Origin: an uncultured delta proteobacterium
GTDB lineage: Bacteria > Myxococcota_A > Polyangia > Fen-1088
Reading direction: 5' to 3'
Length of the DNA stretch: 64,000 nucleotides
Assembly: GCA_963755125.1 (NCBI GenBank)
Contig: CAVWIP010000010.1
Coordinates: 320,001 to 384,000 of the forward strand
Below, piece by piece: positions 61,261-64,000 of the stretch (positions are counted from its first letter, which is position 1; each line of letters opens with the position of its first letter). The position numbers were made by a program, and so were the translations under genes. The notes beneath the pieces are model-generated. The model was not told where the DNA came from. It searched no databases and worked only from the letters and a program-made list of their open reading frames with translations.

Positions 61261-62565
61261 ATGATGCCAAAGGTCGGTGGTTTCGTTTGGTCAGCCGCTG
61301 TGCTCACTTCCCTGTCGTGGGCTGGCTGTGGATCGGATCAGCCCCTCTGTGCCCAGGTGGGTCAGCAGCTTCCCCTTGGCGACTCGCCTCTGGCGCTCAC
61401 GCGGGACGCAGTGCTGGTGCGCGCGGGCGATGGATTCGTGCTGGCCGGGCTGGACGGGACCACGGTGCGATGGGGCCAGCTCAGCAGCAGCGGCGATATC
61501 AGCGGCGAGTCGGAGTTCGCCCTGCCCGAGCAGCCTGTGACCGCGGCGGGCGGGCAGTCGCTGGGCCCGCTCTTCGCTGTCACCAGCAAGACCGCGCCCG
61601 GCGATCAACTCGTGGTGGTGATGGGCGTGCTCCAGGCCGGCAGCACGGATCAGTACGAGGTGCACGCGTGGATCCACGATCCGGCGGCCGCGGTGCCACT
61701 CACCATGCAGGTCCTGGGCGTACAGGCCGCCGCTCCCACCTCGGGAACGGTTCGTTTGGTCGCGGGCAGCTCGCCGGACGGGACGCGGGCACTGGTCGCG
61801 TGGGGCGTGGAAGGCCCGCTTGCGCCGATCCAGTACCGGGTGCTCGGTGCCGACGGAGCATTGGTGGGTAGTCCAGCAACCATCTATGACGCCACCGACC
61901 CAAACAACATCGCAAAATGGAGCTGCCTCGATACCACGCAGAATGCTCCGGATCTGGCCATTACCTTGGTCGAGGCCCCCACCCAGGGGCATCCGGGCCA
62001 ATCCGCTTGGCGCCGTTTCCAGATAGCCGATGACGGCTCCATCGGTGGGGGAGTTCAGATCGATCTTGACTCTCTTGAGGTGAGCGATGGCCGCATCGTC
62101 TCGACGCCCACTTCCGACGGCTATCTCCTGGCCTGGCAGAACAACACCACCAACGGCGGCACGTACTTCGCCAGTCTCACCCCACCTCCCCCCGACGCGG
62201 GCCCAGACGCTACCGACGAAGTGACCTCGCAGCTGGTGCTGGCCTCCGCGGCCTATGGCGGTTATCCGAACATGCCCAAGCTGGCCTGGGTTGCCCCTGC
62301 TGGGTACGATTTCACCATCGGACTGGTACGGTCACTGGGACCGGAGGTGGTGCGATTCGACGTCTTCGCAGACCCCATGGGAAGAGCGCTCTACTTGCCC
62401 AGCGTATCTGGAAACACGAGTCCGGTGTCTGCCTGGGTTGGTAGTGACGCTGTCTACGTCACCTACCTGGACATGCCAGGCTCATCTACTTACGGCGATG
62501 CTGCGGTTCCCTCGGGAAGTCAGCGTTACCTGGTCACGGTGCTGAGTCCCGCCGAGTTGCCATAG
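61261..62565 (+). CDS. Hypothetical beta-rich lipoprotein
   Basis: Lipobox WAGC, beta-propeller-like repeats (ALVAWG, YLLAWQ, LAWV). Confidence 0.7.
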   Translation: MMPKVGGFVWSAAVLTSLSWAGCGSDQPLCAQVGQQLPLGDSPLALTRDAVLVRAGDGFVLAGLDGTTVRWGQLSSSGDISGESEFALPEQPVTAAGGQSLGPLFAVTSKTAPGDQLVVVMGVLQAGSTDQYEVHAWIHDPAAAVPLTMQVLGVQAAAPTSGTVRLVAGSSPDGTRALVAWGVEGPLAPIQYRVLGADGALVGSPATIYDATDPNNIAKWSCLDTTQNAPDLAITLVEAPTQGHPGQSAWRRFQIADDGSIGGGVQIDLDSLEVSDGRIVSTPTSDGYLLAWQNNTTNGGTYFASLTPPPPDAGPDATDEVTSQLVLASAAYGGYPNMPKLAWVAPAGYDFTIGLVRSLGPEVVRFDVFADPMGRALYLPSVSGNTSPVSAWVGSDAVYVTYLDMPGSSTYGDAAVPSGSQRYLVTVLSPAELP

Positions 62566-62680
62566 AACACCGCTGCGGTGCTCCACGAGCCACCCAGGGC
62601 GAACGATCGAGACACGAGCAAATGTGATCCCGCCGGGAAATAATCTTGGGCTAGGATCTGTTGACAATTCGTAGCCCGAC

Positions 62681-63322
62681 ATGCTGTTCCGCACTGCCCC
62701 ATCCAAGCCCGATTTTGAACGCGAGGTGATGCCTCATCTGCGCCTTCTCTACGGCGTGGCCCTGCGCATGACCCGGGCCGAGGGTGACGCCGAGGATTTG
62801 GTCCAGGAAACCGTGCTGCGCGCCTACCGTTTCTGGGACAGCTTCGAAGCTGGCACCAACTGCAAGGCGTGGCTTCTGCGCATTCTCACCAATTCTTTCC
62901 GCAACCGCTACCGGGAGCGCGAGCGCGAACAGGAGATCCTGGACGAGGTGGAATCCTGCGACGCGCATCTCGGTCAGTTTCAGGGTCAGAACCCGCGCGA
63001 CGCCGAAAGCGCGCTCTTCGGCCGGATGCTCTCGCGCGACGTCGAGAAGGCTCTGGCGGATTTGCCCGGCGAGTTCCGTTTGCCGGTCATCCTGGCCGAC
63101 CTGGAGGACCTGTCATACAAGGAAATCGCCGACGTGATGGGGTGCCCGGCGGGAACGGTGATGAGCCGGCTGTATCGCGGGCGACGGCTGTTGCAGAAAC
63201 GGCTTCATGACTACGCGGTCGAGTCGGGAATCATCCGCGGTCAGCAGGAGACGGCCGGGAAGGCCGAGGCGCAGGTGGTCGATCTGGAAGGTTTTCGCAA
63301 GATGAAACAGGAGGGCGGGTGA
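62681..63322 (+). CDS. ECF RNA polymerase sigma factor
   Basis: DAEDLVQET, KAWLLRILTN, LSYKEIADVMGCPAGTVMSRLYRGR. Confidence 0.93.
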   Translation: MLFRTAPSKPDFEREVMPHLRLLYGVALRMTRAEGDAEDLVQETVLRAYRFWDSFEAGTNCKAWLLRILTNSFRNRYREREREQEILDEVESCDAHLGQFQGQNPRDAESALFGRMLSRDVEKALADLPGEFRLPVILADLEDLSYKEIADVMGCPAGTVMSRLYRGRRLLQKRLHDYAVESGIIRGQQETAGKAEAQVVDLEGFRKMKQEGG

Positions 63323-64000
63323 TGGGGATGAACTGCTCGGAGGCGGACGCCATCATGTACGCGTTTGTCGACGGCGAACTGTCCGGGTCCGATCGGACGG
63401 CCTACGAGGCCCACCTGATGAGCTGTGACGCCTGCGCGCGCGCCACGCGCTTGCAGTCACGTTTCAAGGCGGCCCTGCGCGGGCATCTGCCGCGGCCGGA
63501 AGTTCCCGAGGGATTGCACCAGCGCCTGCACCGTGCGCTTGAGGCCGAGCCCACGGTGCGACGTCAGTGGCCCTGGCAGGCCTACCCGCGCATCTTCACC
63601 GTGGCCATCGCGGCGGCGGCGGCGGTGGTGCTGTTGGTGGCAAGCCCGCGGCGCAGTCCCTCGTCGCCCGTGCTCGAGCAGGCCCTGTCCACCTTCCATC
63701 ACGACGTGCCGCTCGACGTGCTGTCACAGAGTTGCGCTGCGGTCACCGACTGGTTTCGCGGCAAGCTCGACTTCACCATGCCACCGCCAGCCGGCGCCGA
63801 TCGGGCGCTCTGCCAGGGCGGCCGGCTGGTGAATGTGCGCGAGCGCTTTGCAGCCTATGTCGTCTATCAGGCTCCCGCCGGCCACCGTCTGGGTCTGATG
63901 GTGTTTCCGGCCGATGATGACCTGGCCTTTGGCCCACGCCGCCGGACCCTGGGTGGACGAGACGTGTACGTGGGCAGCAGCCGTGGCGTATCGACCGCCG
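63322..64000 (+). CDS. zf-HC2 anti-sigma factor (3' end outside the window; absent from the ORF track)
   Basis: TGATG overlap with the sigma gene. MGMNC..FVDGEL..HLMSCDAC (HxxxCxxC), then a TM segment and periplasmic domain. Confidence 0.88.
   Translation, partial: MGMNCSEADAIMYAFVDGELSGSDRTAYEAHLMSCDACARATRLQSRFKAALRGHLPRPEVPEGLHQRLHRALEAEPTVRRQWPWQAYPRIFTVAIAAAAAVVLLVASPRRSPSSPVLEQALSTFHHDVPLDVLSQSCAAVTDWFRGKLDFTMPPPAGADRALCQGGRLVNVRERFAAYVVYQAPAGHRLGLMVFPADDDLAFGPRRRTLGGRDVYVGSSRGVSTA

Overview
High-GC bacterial chromosome segment, probably Myxococcota/Polyangia-like. This is an inference from the short OPX plus separate beta-barrel polysaccharide export, the Hanks kinase and the Pro- or Gly/Thr-linker proteins. 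In order, the window holds: a Wzx/Wzy-type exopolysaccharide cluster (1-12.6 kb); rpiA and a degenerate Fic gene; a dcw cluster (rsmH-ftsL-ftsI-murE-murF-mraY-murD-ftsW-murG) that lacks mraZ and stops after murG; decayed integron-cassette-like DNA (hicBA, DUF1801); housekeeping genes (rhomboid, uvrC, S41 protease, hsp20, ychF); a Phd-RelE pair; a sigma54/XylR-type operon; a Ser/Thr kinase flanked by a structured repeat; a GH3 lipoprotein plus beta-barrel; secA; and an ECF sigma/anti-sigma pair. The best candidate for an undescribed system is the sigma54 operon at 39065-44323 (M20 amidohydrolase + acetate kinase + catalytically degenerate acetate kinase, with visible enhancer sites). Other notable signals are a recurring TANNNT-N6/7-start codon signature suggesting widespread leaderless mRNAs, a palindromic repeat embedded inside a coding gene, and an unannotated 55-aa secreted ORF ending in a beta-barrel signal. 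No rRNA, tRNA, CRISPR array, transposase or integrase was recognised. All calls come from motif reading by eye, with no database search.
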